In this document: positions 35,390 to 48,486 of the stretch, piece after piece
Numbering within the stretch: position 1 is the stretch's first letter
Layout of the letters: each line of letters starts with the position of its first letter
Assembly: GCF_006345805.1 (NCBI RefSeq)
Contig: NC_042997.1
Location: 201,810,001-201,874,000 of the forward strand
DNA length: 64,000 bases
Source: Octopus sinensis
Taxonomy: Eukaryota
Direction of reading: 5' to 3'
Translations under genes and position numbers: made by a program
Notes under the pieces: model-generated
Seen by the model: only the letters and a program-made list of their open reading frames with translations
Database searches by the model: none
Told to the model about the DNA's origin: nothing

Positions 35390-35600
35390 CAGTTTGTCAT
35401 TTCATGCAGTTCCATCACATTCCAAGTAATTCGACGCTTTATGTTTAACTGCATGAATTCTTGATGTTCAACAGCTATGCTTTCCTAGAATGAATCTTTA
35501 CCATCCAATCGACCTTCCAGGAATGCTAAGACCATCTTATCTCATTTTCTGCTATATCATATCCATTTTATTCATCCATTTATATGACAGAACAGTGGAA
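35390..35600 (-). mobile_element. Decayed RTE-like LINE 3' fragment
   Basis: Minus-strand LEGRLDGK resembles the RTE C-terminal LEGK.EGKR; many stops. Confidence 0.45.
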
Positions 35601-35842
35601 TTTGAGAGCAATTTAGCAGCAATTTCTAACAGGTTGACGCTTCTTTGTTGACTTGTGAAAATTGAAGTAGATGTGGATAAATTTAAGATCTTTCAATGGT
35701 GATTTATTACAGAAAATGAAAAATTGTTGCTATGCCATTGTGTCTGATATCAGAATGTCGTTTGTAAAACACTCACTCCAAGTGAATAACAAAATACATA
35801 CTTGCCAGAAAAGAAAGGACTTCCATTTTCTTCTGTAAATAT

Positions 35843-36225
35843 CCATCCATCCATACATACATACATGCATTTTTTTTGTCCATTATTCCTGAGAAAGTTG
35901 TTGGGTAGAGTCCTGTAGCAGTTCCTCCATAGGGTTCTACCAGACCAGCTGTCATTACACTTTCTGACTGGATTCCTAAGCATAGACAGCAGAGATGATG
36001 GACATTATCTCACCATTTTATTCTTGGTCTATCCCTAAGTTTCCTGCTGGTTGGCTTGGTATGAAGAATCTGTCTTGCGACTTTTTCCTGCAACATTCTA
36101 ACCTCATGTCTGTAGTACCAGAGTTGTGACTTCCCAATACCGAGAAGTAGCAGTTTGATTTGGAAAGACTCACTGATCTTCAGGTTATACTCCTTGTTGA
36201 ATAATGTTACTCTAGAGATAATTTA
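35843..36225 (-). mobile_element. RTE-clade (Expander/Rex3-like) LINE 3' end
   Basis: KSQLWYYRHEVRMLQEKVARQILHTKPTSRKLRDRPRIKW*D matches SQLRW.GH..RM...R.RGRP...W.D; (ATGT)n(ATGG)n tail. Confidence 0.8.
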
Positions 36226-37046
36226 CAATCCATACCAAATATAAAAGGTGGGGGGGAGTGGAATGATAATGAAAAATAGAAGATAAAGACTTCAATCTTA
36301 TTAAGTATTTTAAGACTTTGTTAAATTATTTTCTGAAGATTTTGTTTTTTTGAAACAGAAGGTACTTTGCATGAGATTTTCATTGCTAATGATGGTTCAG
36401 AATATCTGTGATGGGATACCAAAATATGTTATTAACCGAGATATTAAATCCTGTATTGGCTTGGTTGATGTCACAATTCTACTATAAATCTATTGTTACA
36501 GTAGTAAAATCTTATTAATAAATCTATTTAAAGATAGAATAGAATAAATTTATTGATTGACACTAATAAATTCTTTAACTGATCATTTTGGAATTGAAAA
36601 TTGACTGGATATTGATTTCTTGTTTAAATAGAAAACACTTTTTTTTTTTGAAATTTGTAAAAAGGAAAGACATAGAGTCGTATTACTGGTACAGATTTAA
36701 TGACCCAGAAAGATTTCTATCTAGTCTGGCTGTTTACAGTAGACACCGATACAACTAATCTAATGTATACTTTAATTTAGAGCCAGCCCATTCATATTTG
36801 TTAGAATTGTCAATATGATAAATGGAATAATATATGCACTGGCATGGCTGTCTGGTGAAGATGTTTAATTTGCAGCCTAGTGGTTTCAGGCCCAGTTCCA
36901 TTGTATGGCATCTTGGGACAAATGTTTCTTTTTTATACAGCCCTGGGTCAACTAAAGCCATGTCAGTGAAGTTGGGATGGAAACTGAAAAGAAGCCCATT
37001 GTGTATATGACAGTGTGTGTTAGCATGTACATATGTGTATATATAT

Positions 37047-37596
37047 GGTCACTTTCGAGTGCTACTGGTAACATGTAACTCAGTACAACCTGTTGCATGG
37101 TCGGGTCGTCGGTGACTAAACCGGCAACCCCACCGAGCTTGCTTGGTGAGGAGGGTGTTTATTGGACACCATGCGGGATGAAAAACAAAACCCGTCAAAG
37201 GGCAGAGGAACTCTTGCGAGTCAACGGTCATCTAATAAATGTCTTAAGGATGTATCATGTGTGGGGACATAGAAATAATCGGACTGAATACCCGATTGCG
37301 TGCTTTAACCATTGGGAATGAAGGAGTTCTAGCCTTTATTAGGGCATCCTTCTAGGAGAAGGTAACTCAGGTAACTGGGATAACTCCGACATAAAACCTG
37401 CGGCTCAGTGGTTACCGATGATGTTGGCTTGTTCTTCTTTTCAGATTATGGCTGCTGTTGCTTAGTGAGTGGGATTGACTCAGTGCACAGCCTTTCCTCA
37501 CTTTAAAGAAAAATCTTCTTGCACAGGCATTGCACAATAACAACATTGATTAAGCTTTGTGCAATGGCCATACTCGATAACGAGGGGGCAGCCACC
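37047..37596 (+). mobile_element. RTE-related non-autonomous element, structured and CpG-retaining
   Basis: Contains GGCATCCTTCTAGGAGAAGGTAACTC...TAAAACCTG, recalled as an RTE 5'-UTR motif; no ORF; GC-rich island in AT-rich flanks. Confidence 0.6.
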
Positions 37597-37844
37597 GTAT
37601 ATGTATGTACATATTTTGTGTGTATGTCTTATCTTGACCATTTTCAACAAATCTCATTGTCATACAAACTGTGTCATTTGTTTGCGGTCTTCTTGTTGCC
37701 AATATTCATCTACCTTCCAGTCAAAGTGATATTTTCCCCAGGGTAAAATATCACTTTCATTGGAAACAGATGAAGGTTGGTGACTGGAAAAGCATCCAAC
37801 CATAGAAAATCTACCTTTAACAAAACCTTGTTATCTAATAAAAT

Positions 37845-38005
37845 ATAGTTGCTGTTTGGAGTCAGTCCTGACAGAGGAGATCTGTGATTAAAGGCATTTC
37901 ACCCATGGCATTTTCAACTTTTATTCAGACATTGTGTATCTAGGATTACATTAGTCAATGTGTCCTTGTGTAATAGGGAACATTTGGGTAATATTTCTAG
38001 CAGGT
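37845..38005 (-). mobile_element. Repeat family E (CTGCTAGAAATAGCAG hairpin, (AAC)-type end)
   Basis: Related copies at about 25510-25568, 29075-29130, 39860-39900 and 55625-55805. Confidence 0.6.
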
Positions 38006-38829
38006 TTGGTGACCACATATAGCAGAGGTTGGGGAACATTTTTAACAAATTACCCACAAAATATATTTATTTATGCTGATGTTAACCCCTGATTTGAAAG
38101 GAAGAAAATCATAGATTATTTTAATTCAAAAAGTTTATTGAATGTTTTCATATGTAGAATACAATTATAAATATAAAAAGTATAAAACAAATGTAATAAA
38201 TAAAATTAATATCCTCATTATGAAACAAAAGGATTTTTCTAGAAACTTTTTCACTTCAGGTTTTGGAGAAATGATGTTTCATTTTTGCTACAGTTACGTC
38301 AAAATTGGGGCATTTTGATGCCAGGACAATTTAGATACAGTCTTCAGGGTCCGATCAATTACTCTGTTTTGTTTTTATGTTCATTAGAGTGGAAAATCCT
38401 TGTTTGCAAAGTAGGTTGTTGCAAAAGGCAGCAAATTTTTGATTGCATCCTCATGCCACAAGAAAAATTTCTACCGAAACAAGGAACACGGTTTTTTTTA
38501 TATAATTTTACTTATGTCTAATGAGTCTTCATTACCTCCAAGAATTTCACTTTTTTCACCGCTTGGGGCAAATTACCTAGGTTCACCAACCCCTGACATA
38601 CAAGATCCTTCCTCATACTGAAAACATCTTGTCTGTTAAACTATAGTCTCTAGGACTGGTAGCATAATGGTCTTGCATTATTAGGAAGAATCAGATTGTA
38701 ATATGAATTTAAGAGATGAAGCTTATTGTGCTGTGAAATTAAATAGCAACCAATGTTTTGACCATTTGTTGGCAGGAAAATGGTATAATGACATTCAATA
38801 TATCAGTTTTTATTTCAAAATTACTTTAG

Positions 38830-39380
38830 ATTTATCTTTCATCTTTCACTTGTTTCAGTCATTAGACTGTGGCCATGCTGAAGCACCACCTTGAACTTTA
38901 GACAAATGCATTGGCCCCAGTACTTTTTAAGCCTGATACTTATTCTGTCAGTCTCTTTTGCCACACCACTATGTTACAAAGATGTACACACCAACACTGT
39001 TTGCTAAGCAGTGGTGGGAGACAAAGACACACACACATAGATATCATCATCATCATTGTTTAATGTCTGCCTTCCATGCTGGCATGGGTGGGACAGTTTG
39101 ATAGGATTCAGCCAGGCCGAAGCCTGCACCAGACTTCTGTGACTGTTTTGGCAGGATTTTTACAGTTGGATGCCCTTTCTAACACCAACCACTCAGCAGA
39201 GTGGACTTAATGATTTTTTACATAGCACAAGCACAGGCAGGGTCATAGATATATATATATATATGACAAGTTTCTTTCAACTTCTGTCTACCAAAGATAC
39301 TTGCCCAAGATGCCATGTAGGGGACTAAATCCGGAACCATGTGTTTGAGAAGCAAACTTCTTACCACATAGCCATGTCTG
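38830..39380 (-). mobile_element. Cluster of SINE A and C fragments
   Basis: A 3' half 38830-39040, C 39045-39210, A 5' half 39255-39380; the C copy splits an A copy. Confidence 0.75.
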
Positions 39381-39686
39381 TGTCTTTTTTGTGTGAAAAA
39401 AAGAAACAAGAAATACTCACAAAATTCTTCTGCTATAAAAGATAATGATTGTTGTTATTAATCAGTCCCAGGAGGGTAGTGGGTTGGCAGAAGTGTTAAG
39501 TGCATTAGACAAAATATCTTGCACCATTTCTTTTGATCCTGCCATGGTCAACTTTGCCTTTCATCCTTTCTTCGTTGATAAAATAAAGTACCAGTCATGT
39601 ACTGGAGTCAATGGTTATGACTGTCCCCCTCCCCTCTAAAAATATTGGTTTTGTGCCTAAATTAGTAACTATTATTTAGCCTCAAG

Positions 39687-39777
39687 CACTAGCATAGCTA
39701 CAGTGTGTGCCACCCCAAACCTCACAGAAAACATAATGCCTACAGCAGACCCAAAAGTGCCGCCTGCTACACTAGTG
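39687..39777. mobile_element. 91-bp hAT-like miniature element
   Basis: TIR CACTAGCATAGC / GCTACACTAGTG (10/12); perfect 8-bp TSD GCCTCAAG (39679-39686 / 39778-39785). Confidence 0.75.
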
Positions 39778-42700
39778 GCCTCAAGTTGGTTCTAAATGAA
39801 CAAATTAATGATCAAAGATATTCCAGTTTTGACCATCCTAAATTGTCTAATGTGATAGGGACTTGATCTGAGGAGATTTGGCTGTTATTTCTAGCAGACA
39901 AAGCCTAGAATATTGATTTGTATTTAGGTACGCGATAACAAGTTTATAAAGTGTGTGGGGAAAAGAAGCAATATTTTGACATTCATAATCTCCATGAGCA
40001 TCTATGATATAAAATGAAGTGAAACAGCTCCCAACAATAATGAAAAGCACTTCATTAAACCCTCCTATGAGATCTTTGCTTCTGCTCCCCTCTTCTTGCT
40101 CTGTTATGTTTTAATCTTGAATATTAATGTCTATTGTAATTAACAATATATGTTATATTAGCAATATTTAGATTGAGCACAATTCAGCTATATAAACTAA
40201 AGAGTTATCGTCTAAAATAAATTAGAATGTATTTTTGTTTAACGAAGGCCTGAACATCAAATATATTATCTAAATTATTATTGTTCTCTTTGATAATTAC
40301 TTCAACATATATTTTTAAGTTTACTATATTTTTCTGATCATAAAATATTAAATGATGTATATATGTATATATGTATAACTTTGTGTTATTCTTTCAATAT
40401 ATTGCTGACTAGAAAATAAAAAAAAAGATATAATGTAGAATGGTTGTATAACTAATGTTTATATTCTTAACTTTGAGTTTAATTGAAAATGAAACTTTCT
40501 GATAAATGTAATTACATCCCCCCTCCCCACTTTTTTGATATTTTTAATTTTGGTAAATAAACAAATTTAAGTTTATTAATTCTAAACTGCTTCTTTCATA
40601 TGAAATTTGTCTTTCTCATAAACCATAAGTCTACCAAAGTCCTGCATCCAGGGAAATATTGTTTATGCAAATGGAATCTAAACGACTTAAATTAAACCAT
40701 TTCACGAACATAGAATATCATTATTGCCGCCATCACTTGGCATCTGTTTATTGATTCTGGCAATTTTTGGTTGGGTCCACAGCAAAGCAAAATGGCGGAG
40801 ATGTTTCATTATTGGTTTGAAGGTTTTGTAGTATTTATTAATTCCAACAATCTGTCCTCTGAGTTCTAATCCTGTCAAGATCAAATTTTGCTTTCCATTC
40901 TTTCTGGGTTGATTAAAAAGTACTTACCCAGGGTGTTGGATGAGCAGAATCGTTACAGGGTCAGGTGAGATACCTTGCAGTATCCTTTTTGGCATTTGAA
41001 TAATCATAGTAACACCTGCAATGATATTGGGGCCAGGCTGTATCAGCAGATTCCACTCTGTTGCAAGTAATTCAGGCCCAGTCTGCTATTTGAGGATGCC
41101 ATTTTCTGTTCCTTCTTCTGTCTTAGAGGACTTATAAAGTCATGGGCCATCCATTCCTTCTTGAGGAGTGGGGAGGTCTGTCATGAGCCCTAGGATTCAT
41201 AGGGTTGGAGCTCAGTCTAGTTTCCATGTTGAATAAGTAACTGGGATTACAACACTCCCTTTTGAAAGTTGCCAGGTTAAATTCCCAGTTAATTGCTGGA
41301 GTTTGTTTACTGCTGAGTGGACCGGAGCAAGGTGAAATGAGGTGATTTGCTCATGAACACAATGTGTCACTCACTCCAAAAATTGAAACCACGACCTTGT
41401 GATAATGAATGTGACACCGTAATCACTAGGCTGTACACCTTCCCTCTTAACTAAGCACTAATAATAATGTGTTTCCTCTCAGACACCAGGTGTAATACAT
41501 TTGCATCACACATTCATATTAACGCAACTGGCTCACCTCTACAGAATTGTTAGCACACAAGACAATATGCTTGGTGGCCTTTCCTGTGTCATTTATGAAA
41601 TTCAACACCTGCCAAAGTCAACTTTACTTTTCGTCTGTTCAGGTTTGATAAAATAAGTACCAGTTATGCACTGGGGCCAATGTAAGTGACTTACTCCCTC
41701 CCCCCATACTTGTCAGTCTTGTGCCAAAATTTGAGACCAGTAATAACTATACATTCTCTCTGAGATTACTTGTGGTCAGCCTTGCATGCAATTGCTCTTT
41801 ACACATCCAGCAAACCCTATTAAACTTATTTCTCTCCAGCTTTCATTACCATACAAGCATGTCTCGTTATCATACATGCATCATGCTCTTTACGCATGTT
41901 TCACATGGGAAATAATTAGTCAACATGGAGAAACAAAGTTGCAATAAGATTAATTGGTGAATCTAATTTATTACTGTTCCTTGAACATGACAACATCCTA
42001 TGTCATTATGTTTTGAAGTGGCTCATTATTTTTAAATTGCTCAGAGAAAAATCTTTATTTTTTTTTTATTCCATTCATCGAAGTTAGTTGACATGAAACA
42101 TTACCGGGGGATCAATTAAGTAAATATGTTCATAAGTAATAAAAAAATAAAATATTTCCGATTATTATTTTTGTTCTCTTCTATATTCGATTTTTCAGTT
42201 GTAGTCTTTTATGTTAATCCTTAAAGCTAATGGGTAAATATAATATTAGATCTTGGCTCTGATGCCTCTTATCAATAGATTTTCACAGCTTTCTTTTCAA
42301 GTTATGTTTTTTTTTTTTTAAATAAACGGATTTTAAAAGCCATGGGGTTTCAGTGTAATAAACATTCATCTTTCATAAATTGCCAAAACGATTCAGTCAA
42401 TTATTTGTTCCCCTCTTTATGTTTACATAAACACCATTTGTTATCCAAATACAAAAGACTATCAAAAAGAAGGGTGTCATTTTATGAAAACACCAACAGG
42501 GATATATTTTACAAACTGTCTGTTTTTATAGATTGCTGCCTAATTACTCCAGTCACATAAATGTGGCAATGTTTTAAATTAATGGGTAATGGATTGACAG
42601 TATAATTCTTTGCATATTTGCATATAGCCTTGTATAGTCTGAGTTCAAATTCAACTTAGGTTAGCTAATCTTTTTACCTTTCTGGTGTCAGTAGAATAAA

Positions 42701-42899
42701 TACCTGTTCAATACTGAAGTTGATTTCTAAATTATACCCAACCCCTGAGACTTGTGGCCTATGTAAGAAATTTAATATTTGATCTTACTAGCATTGGACT
42801 CACGGAATTGTTAGTCAGACTAAAAACTGACCCAGTGTGTTTACACCTTTCTGCCTACAAAATATAGTGGATGGCTTTCTTATGGTTTCAAATATACCT

Positions 42900-43349
42900 A
42901 TTTCTTTACTACCCACAAGAGGATAAACACAGAGAGGACCAACGGATTAAGTCGATTATATCGACCCCAGTGTGTAACTGGTATTTATTTAATCGACCCC
43001 GAAAGGATGGAAGGCAAAGTCAACCTCAGTGGAATTTGAACTCAGAATGTAGCGGCAGATGAAATACTTATTTCTTTATTACCCACAAGGGGCTAAACAC
43101 AGAGGGGACAAACAAGGACAGACATAGGTATTAAGTCGATTACATCGACCCCAGTGCGTAACTGGTACTTAATTTATCGATCCCGAAAGGATGAAAGGCA
43201 AAGTCGACCTTGGCGGAATTCGAACTCACAACGTAACGCAGACAAAATACCGCTAAGCATTTCGCCCGGTGTGCTAACGTTTCTGCCAGCTCGCCGATAC
43301 TGCTAAGCATTTCACCCAGTGTGCTAACAATTCTGCCAGCTCGCCACCC
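42900..43349 (-). mobile_element. Dimeric SINE family B with duplicated head
   Basis: 19-bp TSD TATGGTTTCAAATATACCT (42881-42899 / 43350-43368) encloses two bodies and a doubled head segment. Confidence 0.9.
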
Positions 43350-44434
43350 TATGGTTTCAAATATACCTCAAGCATATTTGAATGAGTTTGTGTTTATACA
43401 CAACACTACTTAGTAACACATCACTGCTTGGCAACAGTACACAGCACTGTTTAGTGTTGTTACCCCTTAAATACTTTGTGTATTTAATCATGGTCCTTTA
43501 CATTTTAAATCTTGCCAGTAAATACTAGGATCAATAAAATATGACCCACTCCAAAAGGTGTAACCTTGTATTGATATTAAATCATTAATTAAACTATTGA
43601 GCATGCAATTTGTTATCTTCCCACTGAAACTGTCAAACTTTCTACTTTATCCCAGAATTGCAGGGATTATTTAAAGAGTTATAGACCCATTGTTGCTATT
43701 TTTTTTTTGCTTCTTTGGGCTAGTGTCTATGACTTGTACAAAAACCTTCTAGGCTGATGAAATTGATGCCATTAGTGTTTTCCTTAAACATTTATAGGTT
43801 AATAACCTCCGGGAAAGATATGTTCTGAGGGAGGAAATTCCAGAGCCAATGTTCTATGAAGGAAGTATTAGACATAATGATTAGTGTAGGGCCTGAGGAG
43901 TTAAACACAACATTGGAGTACATCATTAGATAGATTTTAATTAGGTTGTATGTAAGTGCTATATTCCATTTTTCTTTAACATTTATGAAAAAAATCAACA
44001 GATTTTTAATTTCATGCTAAATGTGTGAATCTTTTCTGTTCTTCCACATCCTCTTCTTCTTCATCATCATTATTATGTCTGCTTTCCCATGTTTTAATGG
44101 GTCACATGAAATTCACTGAAGCAAATTTTCTGTGGCTGGACAACCTTCTGACCATCAAGCCTCACTACTTACAAGCAAGGTGATATTTCCCTTATTTCCC
44201 TAAGCTTTCAAACATGGAAAGACTGATGGCTGGACAGCTTTGTAAACAACACTGTAAACAAAAGACACCATTTGTGTGTGTGTGCAGTGGTTTTGTTTAC
44301 ATTCAGTGTGTGATATCAAAACAAGGAGACACACACACACACAAAGATAATCTTCTGCTTTTCCTGTATCAAATTCACTCACAAACTTTTAGTTGGCCCA
44401 GTACTGAACTCAAAACTCGGTGATTGTCAAAACA

Positions 44435-45000
44435 TCACCATCATCGTTTAACATCCGCTTTCCATGCTGGCATGGGTTGGACAGTTTGACTGAGGGCTGG
44501 CAAACCAGTGGCTTCACCAGGCTCCAATCCAATCTGGCAATGTTTCTACAGCTGGATGCCTTTCCTAATGCCAACCACTCCAAGAGTGTAGTGGGTGCTT
44601 TTTACATGCTACCAGCATGAGGGCCAGTCAGGCGGTAGTGACATCAGCCATGCTTGAATAGTGCTTTTTACATGCCATCGGCTCAGGAGCCAGTCAGGTG
44701 GCACTGGCAACGACCATGCTTGAATGGTGCTTTTTACATGTCACTGGCACAGGAGCCAGTCAGGTGGCACTGTTATCAACCTCGCTCGAATGATGCTTTT
44801 TATGTGCCACCAGCACAGGTGCCAATCAAGTGATACTGTCATCAGCACAACAAAGACTTCACTTATCTTAACAGGTCTTCGCGAGCGCAGTTTATTGCCC
44901 AATGATTGAAGAGTACTCTTAAATGGGCTGGTTATGCTGCATGGTTACAGTTTCACTTGACTTGCCAAATCTTCTCAAGCACAGCATATCTCCAAAGGTC
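44435..45000 (-). mobile_element. SINE family C, long form with tandem interior
   Basis: Repeated GGTGCTTTTTACATG units. Confidence 0.85.
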
Positions 45001-45109
45001 TCAGTGAACTTAAACCACTAAGCCTGTATCTGTCTGTCTTTCTTTAGTAAATGATATTGATTTTTTTTTTTACCTGTCACAGCATCTGCAATCTTTCATC
45101 TTTTACGTA

Positions 45110-45470
45110 CACACTTCAGTCATTGGACTGTGGCCATCCTGAGGTTCCACCCTAAAGACCTCAGTCAAACAAAGTGATCCCAGCACATGTTTTTAAACTC
45201 TTATTCTAAGCTAAGTACTTAGTCTTGTGATCTGTATTTATGTCCCTGCTAAGTTACAGGGACATAAACAAACCAGCCCCAGTTGTCAAGCAGTGATGGC
45301 AGATAAACACACACACACACACACACATGTATATATGATGAGCTTCCACACAGTTTCTGTCTGCTGAATTTTCTCATAAGCCATTGGTTGGCCCTCAGGT
45401 ATAGTAGAAAACCCTTTGCCTTGAATTCCATTTTTGGGATTTGAACCCCAAACCATTCAGCTGCAAAGCA
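45110..45470 (-). mobile_element. SINE family A, diverged
   Basis: Diagnostic motifs, degenerate. Confidence 0.7.
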
Positions 45471-45664
45471 AGTAATATTAAAGTGTAAATTAGATTTTAT
45501 GTAATCACAGCATAAATATACGAATTAGTTTGCTTTTTTCTTCTATTTTTATAATTGCCATATTAGGAATGATTGTGTTCATGACATTTGCAGACTGTCA
45601 CAGGCAGAGAAATATACGATGTCATTAATATTGTTTTGTTACTTTTTTATATCCTAATTTATGA

Positions 45665-46580
45665 ACAATACCATCATCATCATCATTTAACGAGTTTTCT
45701 GTGCTGACATGGGTTCGACTGTTCGCAGAAGCTGGTGAGCCAGAGGACTGTTCCTATCCTCATTGTCTGCTTTGGCATGGTTATACAGCTGGATGCCTTT
45801 TCTAACACCAACCACTTTACAGAGTGTACTCGGTGCTTTTTATGTGGCACCTCCACTAGTGAGGTCACGAAGTAACTTGTTAGACAAGGCCCTGCAACAA
45901 AGTGGGTGTGTAGTATTTAGGGAGATGGATTTTTGCCAGTAGATGAGAAGTTAAAGTACGATAGAGGTACAGGATTAGGTACCTTGCTGCAGGTGAGACG
46001 TATGGCTACTCTTGTAGGAACAGAAAGAGGGTGATGGTGACGTGTCATGGAATACTCTCAAGTTACATTATGGAGGAGGGAATGGAGACTTTGAGACCTG
46101 AAGAGTGACATTGGGGACCGGAAGCTAGGGGAAGTGACATCATGTCAAGAAGTAGGTATTTGAATAGCAACTTTCTTCATAGGAACAGATATGTGGAAGC
46201 GATTTTAGGAAGGAGAGCATTTTCTGGCCAGAGATTGGGGTAGTGTACACATATGAGTACAATTCAATTCTGCTGGTTCTTGTGATGCAAAGCTGGATAA
46301 TCTGCTAAGATTTCACCCCAAAGTAAGAGCATCCTTATTTTTGGCTTTTCCTTCTACAGGAAGGTGAATATAAGTGAAGAGGTATAGGTGGTAAGTTCAC
46401 AGGAGTGTGAGAGGTGAGTGGAAGATGGATAGAGATGGGATTGAGAGAAATACAGTGTGTAATGAACATGGGTGGAAACATGGCCGGTTACTGGTCTCTT
46501 AGAAGCCTATCATTGGGTCACTGGATTTATGGTGGTGAGGGTGACAAAGGGGTGTCTGGAAACTGGTTGATTATATGGAA
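45665..46580 (-). mobile_element. Family C tail with ~700-bp LINE-like 5' extension
   Basis: C 3' end continues into purine-rich (plus strand) sequence shared in part with 18880-19205 and 34200-34740; no readable ORF. Confidence 0.55.
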
Positions 46581-46637
46581 AAAGCATGAATTTAGTAAGC
46601 AGAAAATGCAGAAAGCCTGTTTTTACAAATAAAAGTT

Positions 46638-47024
46638 ATTTGTTTCAGTCATTAGATTGCAGCCATGCACCACCTTGAAGAATTTTACTCCAACGAATTG
46701 GCCCCAACAGCTATTTCTTTTTAAGCCAGGTGCTTATTCTATTAGTCTCTTTTGCTGAATCACTAAGTCACACAGATGTAAACTCACTAACTCCAGTCAT
46801 CAATTGGTAGTGAGGTGACAAACACAGGTGCAAAAACATATACACACAGACACCTAGATATGGCAGGCTTCTTTCAGTTTCTGTCTACCAAATTCACACA
46901 CAAGGTTTTGGTCAGCCTGAGGCTATTGTAGAATACACTTGCTCAAGGTGCCATGCAGAGGAACTGAACCCAAAACCATGTGGTTGTGAAGCAAACTTCT
47001 TACCAGATAGTCATGCCTGCACCT
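46638..47024 (-). mobile_element. SINE family A, full length
   Basis: Diagnostic motifs. Confidence 0.85.
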
Positions 47025-47788
47025 GTTTGATATTCCATGTTTGTCACCATTTAAGCTACATGGTGATGATATTAACACACCTTATTGGCATTATGATTGT
47101 TCATTTCACACTTTGAAAGACCTCTGGGAACTCTCAAGCTATTGGTCAAGTCAAGGTTATGGTAGAAGACCGCTATGGTGTCATGGCATGCTATGGTATT
47201 GAACCTGGAACCATGTAGTCTCAAAGTCAACTTCTTAACCACGCAACCACAGCTGCATCATTCTATAACTTATTCTCTATAAATTCCAAAAGATAGTTGA
47301 GACACATCAAACACAAAATGATCCCAATTTTTAGGTCTTCGTCTGTTTAATAACTTAATAGGTCTAAATTTTACTAGAAATTAATTTATAGATTGACCAT
47401 TTCCATTTTCAAAGGAAAAAGAAGAGAGAGAGAGAGATGGTGCTTCCATCTTCTCAGAACTCTGCCACAAATTAACCATCTGATAATATTCCTTCATTTC
47501 TCTGAACTCTTTGATGCAGAATATTAAATTGACTCTCTGCTGCATTTCATCTGAGTGCTTCTGAAAGCTATATTTCTATTGAAAGTAAAAGTTTCAAGAA
47601 TTAAACCTGAGTGTCTCTGCTTCCAATAATTTCAGCAAATGGTATCTGATGTACTTCTGGCACTTATTTAAATTTTCTTTACTTGTCCTTTAATATATCA
47701 CTGTATTGTCTTTGTTTCATATGTCATCCAAGTCAGATATATTTCTTTTGAGATAATCCAATATTTCTGGTATGTAAGCCATTTAATT

Positions 47789-48137
47789 GATGATGATGAT
47801 GACCCCCTTCGGTCAGACACTGACCATGGGTTTGCACCTAGAGAGTTACTCTCTGAGGCACAAGTCTGGGCAAGGTTATTTTATGGAAGACCAGCAGTTG
47901 CCCATGCATACCAGCCTCCCCTCTCCACGTCACCGATGTTGTCCAAGAGAAAGGTAAAGGGGCTGATACAGCTTGACACCTGTGACGTCGCAACTCATTT
48001 CTACAGCTGAGTGAACTGGAGCAACGTGAAATAAAGTGTCTTGCTCAAGAACACAACACGCAGCCCGGTCCGGGATTTGAGCTCACAACCTCACGATCGT
48101 AAGCTCGACGCTCTAACCACTGAGCCACACGCCTTCA
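47789..48137 (-). mobile_element. SINE family D1 (tRNA-derived head, RTE-like 3' end)
   Basis: Minus strand GAAGGCGTGTGGCTCAGTGGTTAGAGCG...GCTCAAATCCCGG; (CAT)n tail; 13-bp TSD AAGCCATTTAATT (47776-47788 / 48142-48154). Confidence 0.9.
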
Positions 48138-48486
48138 TTTAAAGCCATTTAATTAGCCTATTAATTATTTGCTTTATTAATCTATGTAAATTAATGCCTT
48201 TGCAGTGAAATAAAATTTTGGAGACTAGTACCTTACCCAAAGTCACCGAAACGAAAGGAGACAAATTCATGACTAAACTAACAAGCCAAAGACTCAGCTA
48301 TTGCAATCATTACGAAATAAATGATAACATATTTAATAATAGAGGAGCGTGATAATGTTGGTTTATCCATATTCGCCTGTATCGTGAAGAGTTAAAACAG
48401 TGCTGAACAGAGTTTGAAACTAAAGGCAAGGGAGACAAATCAAATGAATAACAAAGAGAGAACATTTACAGCAATTTCTTCTAGCA

